The notes below the pieces were generated by a model, which saw only the letters and a list, made by a program, of their open reading frames with translations, was not told where the DNA came from and made no database searches. The position numbers and the translations under genes are program-made. A stretch of 64,000 nt of DNA from Owenia fusiformis (Eukaryota). Every line of letters starts with the position of its first letter. The stretch's first letter is position 1. Of this stretch, positions 40,987-53,347 are shown piece after piece. Location: assembly GCA_903813345.2 (NCBI GenBank), contig CAIIXF020000001.1, forward strand, positions 18,104,001-18,168,000, written 5' to 3'.

Positions 40987-41949
40987 ATTCTTTCATCAAG
41001 GGCATATTTGTTCTGAATTTAATAAAAGGAAACGTGTGGAACCTCATTACAGTTTACAGACACACTTTGCTCAATACATAAGAATGTATGGGTAGAACAA
41101 TGTGTACTTGTTTCAAAAGGAACAAAACATAATGTTGTTTTTGATGTTATATATTTCGTTTCATGTTTTTGTAACTCATATTTACTTAACATTTGACATG
41201 ATGAAAAAATATAATATAAATTTAGGAGAATTGTTACCCCAGAGCTACGACTGGATATTACAAATAAGCGCATCCGCTTGTGAGCAAGCTCGAATTTCCA
41301 AAATGAAACTTTTAGTCTAGGTATCCTGGACACCCCCATTCCATAAAACCTAAATTAGTTACCTAAATCAGTCTCTAATAGCAAAACGAAAGCTCTGCAT
41401 TAGACAACTTAGCTCAAGATAGTTACCTAATATAGGCTTTGGGTAATGGCTATCAACGTTGCCAGATCTACTCTGTTGAAACATTCCGTATAATTGGTTG
41501 TTATGATTATTTCTTATACACGTATTATGATTAAGTATACCAGTATCATTAAAATGCATGCATATATTCAGTTTATTATCAGGGTTTTACGTAGTGTTAG
41601 ACTAACCGACACCTTGTGGTCAAGGTCGGCGGTCGGTGCAACCCTTTTAGTTGCATTCAACTTTGACATTAAATCAAACTTCAGTAGACCTTTCCAATAA
41701 ATCCTGAGCCCTTTAAGAAACTAGGGCATATTGATAGATTTATGATGTCATACTTGCAAACAAATTACACCAATTTGCAAATGGCTGTAAACAAAATGTA
41801 AAAGTAACACGTTTTCGAAAGTTACCAACATTAAAAATCAGTCCAGATGTACCGATGGGCATTTGAATATAATATCAGTATAGAGATCATGCCGAGTGAA
41901 TATATTATTGTCATTGATTGTCATTGATGCTAATATAGAGAATCATGTA

Positions 41950-42720
41950 CACCCCCTCCGAAATTTTGGCAACCTTAGCTCTCCATTGAAGTGCGTGTTA
42001 AAGCCTCATTGTGTTTGAATTTTTATTTACATAACCTGCAGAGAAAATACCTATAAAATTTATAGAAATGAAACTTAACTTTTTCCAATACCTCCAAATT
42101 TTCCATTTTTTCTTCAATAGGTCGAAAATTGATGATAAATTAGATGAATTTTTAAAAATGTCATTCCATTTAATACCGATGGGAAATGGTGGGTTCGGAG
42201 CAAATCTATTCAGTAAATGATTCATCAAAAAAAGTTTATATAGAAAATTCAATTGTTTAACTTTTTGGAGGCTAAGAGTTTAGTTTACTTGATAAACACT
42301 TAAGTTACAGAGCTTCAAAATGACCCTCTGTGTAATTTCGATGGGAGAGGTTCTTTGAAACTTAATTTTGACTTTGAAGACCTATAACTTTAAACCCGAA
42401 GAAAAGTATCAATTTTTAGTTAAATAAAGTTAGCAAATACCTAACTTTAACTAACTTTTTGCGAGAACTCAGGTAGATGGATATTCTGTCATATGACTTT
42501 TCCCAAAAGTTCTTCAGATTTGTCATCAATTTCCGACCTATTGTGATTGTTTAAAAAACAGAAAAAAGAAAGGAGGTATTGGAAATGATATCAATTTATA
42601 TATTCCAGCCCAAAAAGTAGATTTTCTTCATAGGTTATGCAAATAAAAATTCAAACTCAAAGATACTTTAACACGTAGTTCAATGGGGGAGCAAGGTTGC
42701 CAATCTTTTGGAGGGTAGTG
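41950..42720. mobile_element. Tc1/mariner-type foldback MITE with TA target-site duplication
   Basis: TA|caccccctccgaaattttggcaacctt ... aaggttgccaatcttttggagggtagtg|TA. The arms keep pairing inward (gtttgaatttttattt/aaataaaaattcaaac, ttccaatacctcc/ggaggtattggaa, aataggtcgaaaattgatga/tcatcaatttccgacctatt). Confidence 0.85.
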
Positions 42721-42949
42721 TAAAGTTAATATAATTTTATTGAATATCAATGTTAAGTTTTAGTGATTAAAGAGATGTTCTAAAAGTCATCCCTGTTTCA
42801 CATCCTATAAGGAGTCAAAATGCCCATTTGCATCACGGAAGTGGAAGCAGGGGAGAGTTACAAATGTGAAATTTCCACCATTGGTTATGGTACACATTTA
42901 TGAAGAAGGGGTGTATGTGATGAGGATTTGATCAAGTTAGTCACATAAA

Positions 42950-43059
42950 TAGTCTTGCTTCAAGACTGTAGACCTCCACTCTCCATCTACTTCGCCAACA
43001 CAATACTGACTTGTTGCCAGAGTGGAAAATGGAGAGTCCATGATATTGAAGCAAGGCTA
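42950..43059. mobile_element. 110-bp TAG...CTA palindromic mini-element
   Basis: tagtcttgcttcaa ... ttgaagcaaggcta, with inner pair ctctccat/atggagag. Confidence 0.6.
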
Positions 43060-44139
43060 CCACATAAACTTATTACTAACAATTTATATAAAACACACGA
43101 TATTCATTCAAAGAAATCCAAGAATAAAACAATAATTGTCAACTTTAAAATCGTTCATTTGAAATTGACATGATATAGCATCAGTTGTAGGATTCTTGGT
43201 TTTGTTCTTGCATGTTGTAAATAATTTGTCCAAAAAGTGTCCATTCATCTACTTTTTATTTTGAAAAGTTACACACAACATGCCTTGCACTTGTGATAAA
43301 AACTAAAAACTATATTTTTCGTTTTGAGATCATCAGGTCCTATATACAGGCTCATACACATTTGACACCTCACTTTTCGTTTTTTTCGACTACAACTTTC
43401 AAAATCAAATTAAAGTTGCCACGTTGTCATGAAAATATCTTGCTTCGTCAACGTTCGTTCTCAAGGAGTTGCCATATCCCAACCGTCAAGACTTTCTTCA
43501 CCCTAATATATATGTATATATTAATTTACCCTAATGCATAAACATAGTGTGGTTTGAGTAATTGGAAAGTGCTGAACCTTAGAATAACTTTGATAAAATG
43601 CAAATCGTCAAAATGGCCAGACGGTTGTAGAATAAGTTCTGACCAAATTGTATTCTGTTGTTTTGACACTAGCCGTAAGATATGTGAATATGATTGAATT
43701 GGTGAGTCTTTTAAACAACACTGGATTATCCATTATCTAAACGTCTGTCATAGAAATCTTGTTCGAGCCATATTTGAAATATTGTAAACAGATAAGTACA
43801 ATCTTATTCGAATTTATTTTGAAAAATGCATGAAAATGCGACGGGGGAAAATGCACGACTTGGTCATATAAGTGGTCATTTTACTGAATAATGATAGCTC
43901 GTTTATAAAAGCACCCAATGAGAAAGCCTGTTTGCGACGTCAGATATCAACCAAATATTATGAGGATTATGAGGATATTAGGATATTATGGGATGGGAAA
44001 TATGATGCTTAACTTGGATTACCTCTTTGGGTCGAATATGTGTTTTAAAATGATGCAGTGTTCCATATTTATGGCGTATCTGTATGACCAATATTTTTAC
44101 AATTTTATATTTTTTGTATTATATATAATATTAGACATA

Positions 44140-44235
44140 TAGTCTTGCGTCTCTGGGCCCCTCCCCTTATCTTCTTCAACATCAGTGGGGGTGTATGAAG
44201 TCCAGGTGGAGGTCTGAAGGTCATAAGCAAGACTA
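44140..44235. mobile_element. 96-bp TAG...CTA mini-element related to 42950-43059
   Basis: tagtcttgc ... gcaagacta. Its reverse complement shares tagtcttgctt and agacctccac with the 42950 copy. Confidence 0.55.
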
Positions 44236-45699
44236 GATATGTTATATTATAGTCTGCGATTGTGTAATAACTTGATCCTTCATTTGGCAGATATGATGGT
44301 TACATATTCTTTCAGACAAGTCCAGGCTACCCGGTCGTCTACACCGGATATTAACAGTCTGTCTAACTGAAACCAGTAATTTATAAAGTCCTTTTAGCTT
44401 GTATATTTTTCATTTAAAAGATCCTGGAGTATCCGAAAATTGTAGTCCGCAGGCTAGGAATACGGCCATTATATATTATTACACCAATATAGCGGTTTAC
44501 TTCATGGACACATAGGTAATAAAGATGAAACTTTAAATTCATAAATCTATTAAAGATGAATAGGGAATAACACACTTAAAAACTATATGGACAAATAATA
44601 GGGTATACTATATACGTGGGTTTAATCGTTTTCACACAATAATGAAACATTATTGCAAATATTAAGGAAGTACTCCCGACTGCGTGAATGCCTCTTGTGA
44701 TTTTAATTTTCAACAGAAGACCATATTTTGGTGTTTATACAAGGTGTTCCAAAAACTCCGCAATTGACTTTCTTTTAAATTACTTCTGTGTGTCATTTCT
44801 TGAAAGGTTATTTCCTGTAATATACTTGGAATTTAATTGAAGAATGTAGTTTATTATTTTCTTTACTTTATCACTATTTTTACTGTAATTGTAATAGTTC
44901 ATTGTTGGATGCTCGTTCGGCCTTAATAAAACATCGGTACAAATAAATCCTCGATATCATATCATCAGACCTTGATTGGATGATATTCGGTTTCTATTTA
45001 AACGACCATTAATTCAGATTCTACCTGCATTTGCCAGGATGGAGGTTTGGAGTTTCACCACTTGATGTACGCAATGATGTCAGAGTTGGATAATAAAACC
45101 TCGACATCCTAGTCCTATTATGCATCGAACTCGCACCTTTCTATTGACTCAAGTATGGATCCCGTCAATGGCATTTGATGGGCATGAAATGGGGGTTGAA
45201 AACAGTCTTAGTGTCCCCGTGATGACCTGGGTTAAATCGAATCACTATGACAGCGCCTTTGTGAGCTGGGACACTCCGGTTGACTTTGAGACAAGTATTC
45301 AGTATTTATAAATTGTCTCGTATTTGTTAGGGTGATCATGGGCTTTCTCTATTGAATGCCCATGGGGTGAGAAGGCGTTAGACATTGTTTTTTAGTACGG
45401 ATAGCTAGTGATTTGTTTCTTGCCATGTTCTAGGGTGAAGAAAAAGGTTTGTAATGGTAACTTTTATTTTTTTCTATCTGCGTTTTACGTTGCTTTTTAC
45501 ACTTATTTCACAGGTGCTTGTTCATATTCGAATTCAGAAACTGTCAACGAAGCATCTTAACACCAATGTTGTTAGATTTGTTAACTGTCTATTCCACAGT
45601 CATCTATTCTATTTCCATCCCTGTCCATCTGAAATTGCAATTATAAGTATGTTGTGATGCATATTAGAATTTGGGTATTTCATTTTGGAATTAGGCATT

Positions 45700-46065
45700 T
45701 CAATTGTAGAGGTTTCTTGAAATATTATTTTGAATTTTGAGTCCTCTAACTTTTTTAATCCTGAAGAAACATACTCGACTTGTATTTTTAAGAGAACTCG
45801 GATCGATGGATATTTTATCATATGACTTACAAACCTACCATTTCATATTGCTTTAAATGGGAATGTCGATCTTCAAAAAATCATTAATTTTCGACCTATT
45901 GTATTTGACGAAAAAACTAGAAAATTTGGAGGAATAGGAAATAAAGTACATTTCTTTTTGAATAATAAGGTTTTTCATGACAGATGATGAAACTAAAAAT
46001 TCAAACAAAGAGAAGCTTTAACACGTAGGCCAATGGGAAAAAAGGTTGCCGAACTTATGGAAGGG
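45700..46065 (+). mobile_element. Diverged right-half copy of the 41950-42720 MITE family
   Basis: Co-linear matches to 42340-42715: gagaactc..gatggatatt..tcatatgactt, cgacctattgt, ggagg.at.ggaaat, taaaaattcaaac, ctttaacacgtag, aaggttgcc. No left arm seen. Confidence 0.75.
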
Positions 46066-46332
46066 AATTCACCACTGGTCATTATTCTGAAGGTGCTCAA
46101 GTCTTTAACTACAAGATCATTAAAAAGTTGATGTAGAGTATGAAAAGAGTATGAACATTATAACATTATAACCCTTAGATATGGAAACCAAAGAAAATGA
46201 TTCAAAACTGCATTGGTTATGATTGTATACTAGGTGTATTCAGTAGAATAAGCTTATGACTTCGTTGTCGTTTGTTCTCTTTTGAAATATTCCTTTACAC
46301 TGTGTTTTTGGTCTTTGTCTTTGGTGATTGTA

Positions 46333-46835
46333 CAGTGGATGACACAAAAACCTGCCACGTTACGTTGCATAAATTGTTTGTCTATTAACATATAAACTTG
46401 TCCTTTGGCACATCTAAAGTAAACGTTGCGATGGCGATGGCATCTCTAGAAATTTCAGATGTGTAGCTCAAGTGGGTCAAATTTTATGAGCATTACAAGA
46501 TTTACTTTGTAAATACTAAAAAATGTGCCTGTGCTTTCAGGGAAGGAAAGTCCAATCAATTAAGCACAACAAGATATAGTTGTCAACTTTTTCCCAAAAT
46601 TATGTTACAAAAGGTGGGTGTCATTTTTGTGTGAAATCCAGAACCTGTAAAGGAATAGATTACACATCTTTTAACGTTCACAAATCTGTATTTAGTTGAG
46701 CTAGTCATATGAAACTTCTTGTGGAGTTTCACCATGGATGTTAGTTCAAATGTGCCAGAAAACAAGTCAGAATTATTGTCGACCAAAAAATTATGCAGCA
46801 TGTGTGTGTGTGGGTGTCATTTTTGTGTCACCCTG
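46333..46835. mobile_element. Tc1/mariner-type MITE with TA target-site duplication
   Basis: TA|cagtggatgacacaaaaa ... tttttgtgtcaccctg|TA. There is an internal duplicate of the TIR motif gtgggtgtcatttttgtgt at about 46614. Confidence 0.7.
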
Positions 46836-48989
46836 TACGTACATTATATGACACTTTATTGCATTTCGTTTAGTGAACAACCTTGTTTTAAACCAATCTA
46901 AACTTGAAATCAAATGATGCCATTTTTATGTCCCATCCTGTACAGCTCCCTTCCCAGCAGTTTGAATGAGATTAATGGGGCATATAAGGATTTATGCAAA
47001 AAAATGGCATTTAGAGAAAACATTTTTCTGCAAAGCAACCAAATCGTTCAAAAAATATAATTTATGTAGCTTTTCCTCCCATTACTTGCATTTACAAAAA
47101 CGTTGTCTTTTTGTGCCCAATATGATGTAGTAAGAACCTCACAGCGTTTATGGATATTGAGCGAAAATGTCATTTATTTGTTACATTTTTATTCTGACAC
47201 CTTGTATCTTTATTATCATGTTTATTTCGCCTCCATCGACCAGTTCTAGTAGCACCAAGAAAATCATATCTACAGCCTATTTTTCCCATGGGTCTTTCAG
47301 AAAGTGTCCACCATATGATGTGGCAAATACTTGAAGAACAAAATCTATCTACTGTTGAATAAACATGCTTCACTTGATGGATTTGAGAAACATGTACAAT
47401 ATTTTAGAGAATTCAATTGTTTTCATGTTATGACTTCCAACAGATTCTTTGAAAATTGTAGTCACTATTCCAGGTATGTTATTATAATCAACACAGAGCC
47501 TCGTTTAATCGTATTGTACGTGAGAATTGTATTTTTGTTAAATCTGAATTTTTCACCAAGATAAAAGAAAGACTGTTAATAAGAATAGGGTTAGACCAAT
47601 CGGAGCGTGTCAACCTTTAATTGTCAGGTGTCAGGTGAGGTACACATCTACACATCGCGTTAAGATGATTTAAATTCACTTGGAGAATGAAAGAGTAATG
47701 TGCAGTGGAGTAACAGAATATAGCATTGGTCTTGTAACAACATGACTTTTATTAAAGTAAAGGCACACTAAATCTAAGGTTACTACTGTCGACTCGTGAT
47801 CTAACAACTAGAATAAGGTGAAAAACGCTTAATATACCCTTTATGTTCGAATTCAGCTTCATAATAAGGTCAATGTGAAATTTAGAATGAGAATAATGAT
47901 CATATTTATGTGAATTTGTTCAATAGATTTGCCTTCACTACCGTTAAACACGTAAAATATATATTGAATAAACTGATTACTGAATAGAGCCTAGATATTG
48001 TTAGTTTTTACGCTATAAGACTATTAACAAGAAAACCATCGACCCTTGTATCAAAGCAAACAAAGTTTGATTAAATTCAACTTGAACTCCAATTTTTTAC
48101 ATGCGTGCTTAATTCAAAGTATGATACTTTTAAAGAGAACGACCTAAGATTGTTTGATGATACGAGATTCGGAGAACAAGTCAGATGGTATAATCTCAAG
48201 GGTATTTTGGACAAATGTGATCCCATATAGCTAATATAACACTTGTAATTTTGATTGTCATTCCATATCAAATCACCTGCGATCACATTGCCAATGGACA
48301 TATAATAGCCAGCTTGGAACTACAAGGGAATAATTTGAGCCCATGAGGAATGACGACAAAAGGTTGCGGGTCATTTGTGCCAAAGGTCATTGATCAAGCC
48401 TATTTCTCGTTCGCCAACGTACACTGATATAATTATAATGTTCTATGTCCAGTTGCACTGAGGGATGATTCCGATCTTACGAAATGTTTTCTCTTAATGG
48501 GTGATTAGCTTGAAAACTTGCAAAGTCGTATAATTAGTGGTTGATGCATAGGTGAGACAGAAAATAAATAGTATCTGTCACTCTGTTTGATGATAATACA
48601 CTTGAAAATCGGACAAATAGCTGGCAGCCTACTTGAAGCTTTTAGAGGAACTATTTCGTTTTCTCAATCCAGTCAACTTGAAATTTACAGCACAACTTTC
48701 TCTCGGACACTATTTGGAGATAAGGAATCGGCATCTGGTATGTAAACTGATCTTTATTGACTTTAATAGCAAGATAATTACGATTGTGATTAGCTGTGTT
48801 CTTCTGATGCAACAACTTATAATGGTGTATCCTTGATTCAGTTTCTTCCTTGTTTTACAACCGGTTGTATAAGGTTTTTTATAAAGGCCGTAATCAGTGA
48901 GTAGAAGATAATCTAAAAGTACTGTGAGTTATGACCGGTTGCATGCCAGGAATCTACTTGCTCGAGGTCACTTAGTTTTATCCAAAATA

Positions 48990-49500
48990 CATTCAAGATG
49001 GCGGCTTTGTATTGACAACGTAATTTCTCTAATAATCTCCAAGTAATCTTCATTTGTTATACTAATGGGGGATTATAGTTGGTTTCCAGATGGTACACGC
49101 AATCTGCATATGTATTTAAAAAGAATATTTTATCATTTGGCCACAAACGTCAGAAGATTTGGAGTCTCAATGAAACAGTGAAAATATTTATGTTTATATT
49201 TATGTTTATATCAAAGCAACGATTAAAAGGGATTTTTAAACGATTTTACATGTATTTTATTACAAAACAAACTAAAAAAGATGTAACAATTAGAGCCATG
49301 TCTCACCCGGGGCATATTCTAAAATGTAAATTATGGCTTTGGAAACGATACTTTGTTTTTACAAGGACGCCATTTCTAAGATAGGTCATGTGAATTTATG
49401 ACGCTAGACTGCCATGATTTTAACGGGACTGTCTCTAATTACCCATTTCGCGCCATTTCTAGCTATAAAATACCACAATTTCAGCCTGGATCCTGTTCTT
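48990..49500 (+). promoter_or_regulatory. Candidate promoter: TATA box plus clustered YY1/Pho-type motifs
   Basis: TATAAAA at 49464-49470, caagatggcggc at 48994-49005, and gccattt at 49369 and 49452. It lies about 350 bp upstream of the candidate ATG exon. Confidence 0.4.
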
Positions 49501-49820
49501 GAATTCACAGGGCTGTAAATAAGGAAAGAGAAAGTTATTGGGATGTATAATGAGGTCAAGTCGTTTACGTGAAAATATATTGTCAGGATGGCCCACTTTT
49601 AGTTTGGGAGAAGCAATAAAATTGTCATATTTTGATTTAAGACTCGTAATTTAGAATCCAGATTCTCCTTAAAACACTGCTCAGTCTAACTGTTAGTTTA
49701 GATTGCTACAGTAAGTGTTAAGTAAGAATCTAACATTTGGATTATTGTTCCGGATATATCTTAATGTAGGTTTGTTGGAAACGTCTTGAATTTGGATTAT
49801 ATTAAGACGCAGGTGGCGGG

Positions 49821-49839
49821 ATGGAGGCTGCTACACTGG
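49821..49839 (+). CDS. Candidate first coding exon segment (MEAATL, phase-1 donor) of an unidentified gene
   Basis: gggATGG start context, an in-frame TAA upstream (49803-49805) and donor CTGG|gtaagc. The phase matches the only open frame of the exon at 53243. Confidence 0.45.
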
Positions 49840-52800
49840 GTAAGCATATTGATCGTGGAACAAGCACGGTTTATAAATGTTCTTCCTAAAATATTAGTCT
49901 GTATGAGTTTTAATTAAGCGTATGTATTTTATTAAATAAGAATGGCTGATTTATTTTCCCCTTTATTTATATAAAAGTAATCTCGCCGTGAAAATCAAAA
50001 CGCTGGCGTTTGATATTTTGTGATATTTTTGTGATCGGTCCAGGTTTTTGAAACACATATCCTATCAGTCACATCCTCCACTTAGGTTGTTGCATTAAGC
50101 CCTATTTTAGACTAATCGGATCTTTTTATCCATCGGAGGGAAAAATACCTAGCTATGTCTAGGATTTGAAATAGATCGACCGACAACTAACTAACTGTGC
50201 AATTTCGGGGTAATTCTAGCCATTTTTGACAGTGCTATATACGTTTTGGACTATAGTAGATTAATGCACACTAATCTTTGTCATTGTAAAACCATCAATT
50301 GCTCAAATCACTTGAACCATTTTAACTTTCAAATAACTCAACGTCTCTCTAAAATTTCCCTTGTGTTTATTTTGTAAAATTAGATTGAAAATGCCTATTA
50401 ATACAGATTATTTGTCGATAAATTAATGACGGTGTATTAATCAAAGGTCCCAATGGATATAAGCATTTTTCTGTTGGTAAATTCGTAAATTCAACAGAAT
50501 GAAACGAAATATTTTCATAATGTTTGAAGACATGTGTTTTTGTGTTCATTCTTTTTCCTTCCAATGTAAATTATTCACCGCCACAATCTAATCGATTCGT
50601 TTTTGGCATGTATGTATCGCCCACGAATGTGTGATGTGGATTGTTTCGCGGTTTACGGGTTTTTGTGTTTTTTATGTATCCTACTGCACCTTGCTAATGC
50701 ATTCGTGGTTATTCATTGTGTAATCGGTTTCTTCTAGAACACAAACTAACAAATAATCGATCGTCAATTTGCGAACGATGAAAATGATACTCTTCAGTTG
50801 TAATATGTTTTATTGTAGAATATTACCAATATCAAAATTTACTCGATATATCAGATGGTATTCATTGCTGCATCACCAAACTGTATGAATTCCTTTAAAT
50901 TTATGAACGAAATAGATTTATTTGTATACATAAATAAATGAGTGTATATATTGCTACATGATTGACTTTATGGCGTACCACTATATATGTCTCAATATAA
51001 TGCAGAAAATACTGAATTAGAAATAACAAAATACATATGCATTATGCATAGTATTGCATACAGTGTTTGTTAAATCGATTGCAAGAACTAGTTGATTAAA
51101 TCAGTCGATCCTACGTTTACAGACGTAAACAATTTTTGTAATAGAAACCGACATCTGTTAAAGTTAAACCATCGAACCAAAATTGCATTTTTAACTTGCG
51201 AGCTATTCTTTGATGTTTGCGGTATTGTTTTGGATATACCATCAGGGCTGCTTTACATGAGAAGAAACAACAGCTGACAATGCTCATCTTGCTATATTGA
51301 ACACAACAGCATATTTTACGACACTTGTTTTACGTTCCAAATGGCATTTGCAACAACGTATTAGTCTGCTTGCTTCAAATTTGAATCAATGCACAATGTC
51401 GTGCTATTACCTTCATCGGAGACAATGCAATTCTTCAGTATTTCGTTCGGCTATCAGATGCATTTTCTTAATTTCCTCTGAAGTCTAACGTTTGACATTT
51501 ATACAAATGGGATATCTGGTTTAGGATACGAAACGTGTAGCGTTCATTTGTAGAGTAATCCTTGCATATAGTTTCCATCCATCAAAAGGAAAGCTGGGAT
51601 AAACTATGTCCGCCCAAACCCTCAAATTAAATTACTCTCATCCGTCGAGAGAATACTTGTGGTTGTATCTTGCAGTGCAGATGGTCCGTAATCCTCACGC
51701 GACATTTGTCTCAAAAATTGAAGGCTTTAATTGAATTTTGGCCACATCTTATTAAGTCAGTCAGAATATTAAGATTTTTTCTTTTTATTTTGCTCGATGA
51801 TGTGAGCAAGTATTGATATGTTTATTTTCGATTGGCTCGAATTGTTCTCCAGTTTCTACCCAGGGATGTAGCCAGCCTTCAGTCAGGTGGTGCGATCGCT
51901 AAAAAAATCGGTTTTAACCATTGTAGATATCCCATCTTAATACTGTGTAAATCATTCCTTATCAAGCTGCATCTGGAACAAACAAACTACATGTTAATAT
52001 GAAAGTAGAAAGTTTTGTTTAAGGCTTTTATTTAATAGAACGAATATAACGAATATGGGTTATTTTCAGCCATTTGCGAATTGCGAGATATTTTATTTCT
52101 ATGTGAAGTTGCATTCATATTGGATTTACATATGATTTAAAGATGCTATTATTCAAGATAAAAAGGAAAATTGTACAGTTTATCTTATCCATACATTTTA
52201 ACTCTTTTATATACATACAATTTGAGCAAGTAATTATATCTATGAATCAGTAAAATCTCAGCAAACGGTGAATAATAACACGATCCGTCTCAATTTCTAT
52301 ATGACCATGTTATATGTGTACATTAAATGGTTTATTTTAAATACACAAGACAGAATAAATATTTATTTAATTTTTCTCGGAGTAAATAATTGCTATTTGG
52401 AATTCCATTTGTGTTTGAAATGTTGAACAATTGTTTATTTAATTTTCCCCGTAGTAATAGTTTCTGTTTTTAGGTAATATTTTAACAAATGTAAAAATAC
52501 CTCGTTTACGCTGCCAATGATTGTACTTTATATACTGTTGAAATAATTAATAAATTCTCCATTCACGTAGCATAAACCCTGAAAAACATGAGAAATATTC
52601 GAACATTATTTGATGCAATTTTATTCAAGATATTTGCGGAATAGGCCTACTAATATGAGTTTTATTACATCAAAGCGATCGTTTAACTGGACACAAATGA
52701 CCTTTGTTATTAACATTTTAGTAGCCTATCTAATTTAACGAATATGAAAGTATCCTTAAACATCCATTATATAAACATAAAGAATTAGCTTTAAATACAT

Positions 52801-53242
52801 TCGGACTCTACTTTTTATTACACTTTAGGTAAATTGAGGTCAGATTTTACTATTGTTTTAACATTACTTTACTTGTTTTCAGTTTGAAATAAAATTAAAA
52901 GTTGATCGATCGAAATACATTAAACGCTGTATTTTTGTCATATTAAAATCATATGCTACATGACAATCGAGTGAATAAACAAAATTTTATTCATATGATG
53001 TAAAGGCCTTTGAGTTAAAATGAATGTTTATTTCATTCAATTCTTCCACACAATACGCGCAGTACATGGATATAAGAACATATAACGACCAGTTCCTGGA
53101 CGATCCTGGGCTCTAGAATCAAATAAACAGAATATCATGACAATAAATGACATCCGTCAATTATTAAACATTGCTTGACACATGAAAGATAAAACTCTAT
53201 GCAGAATGTGAGTTGTTAATATAAACCCATCTTTCTTTGCAG

Positions 53243-53347
53243 AGAAAAGTCAAAGGGTCGGAAACCACACCACCACGGTCCTAGGCCTCCAGTTAAATAC
53301 TGGCGGTGTACCGAGCTTAGGACGACAACGACTTTGTAACGACGGTG
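53243..53347 (+). CDS. Candidate 105-bp internal coding exon (phase 1-1), xKSQRVGNHTTTVLGLQLNTGGVPSLGRQRLCNDG
   Basis: Strong acceptor ctttctttgcag| and donor GGTG|gtgagt. GC-rich island in AT-rich flanks, length a multiple of 3, exactly one stop-free frame. Protein family not recognised. Confidence 0.65.
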
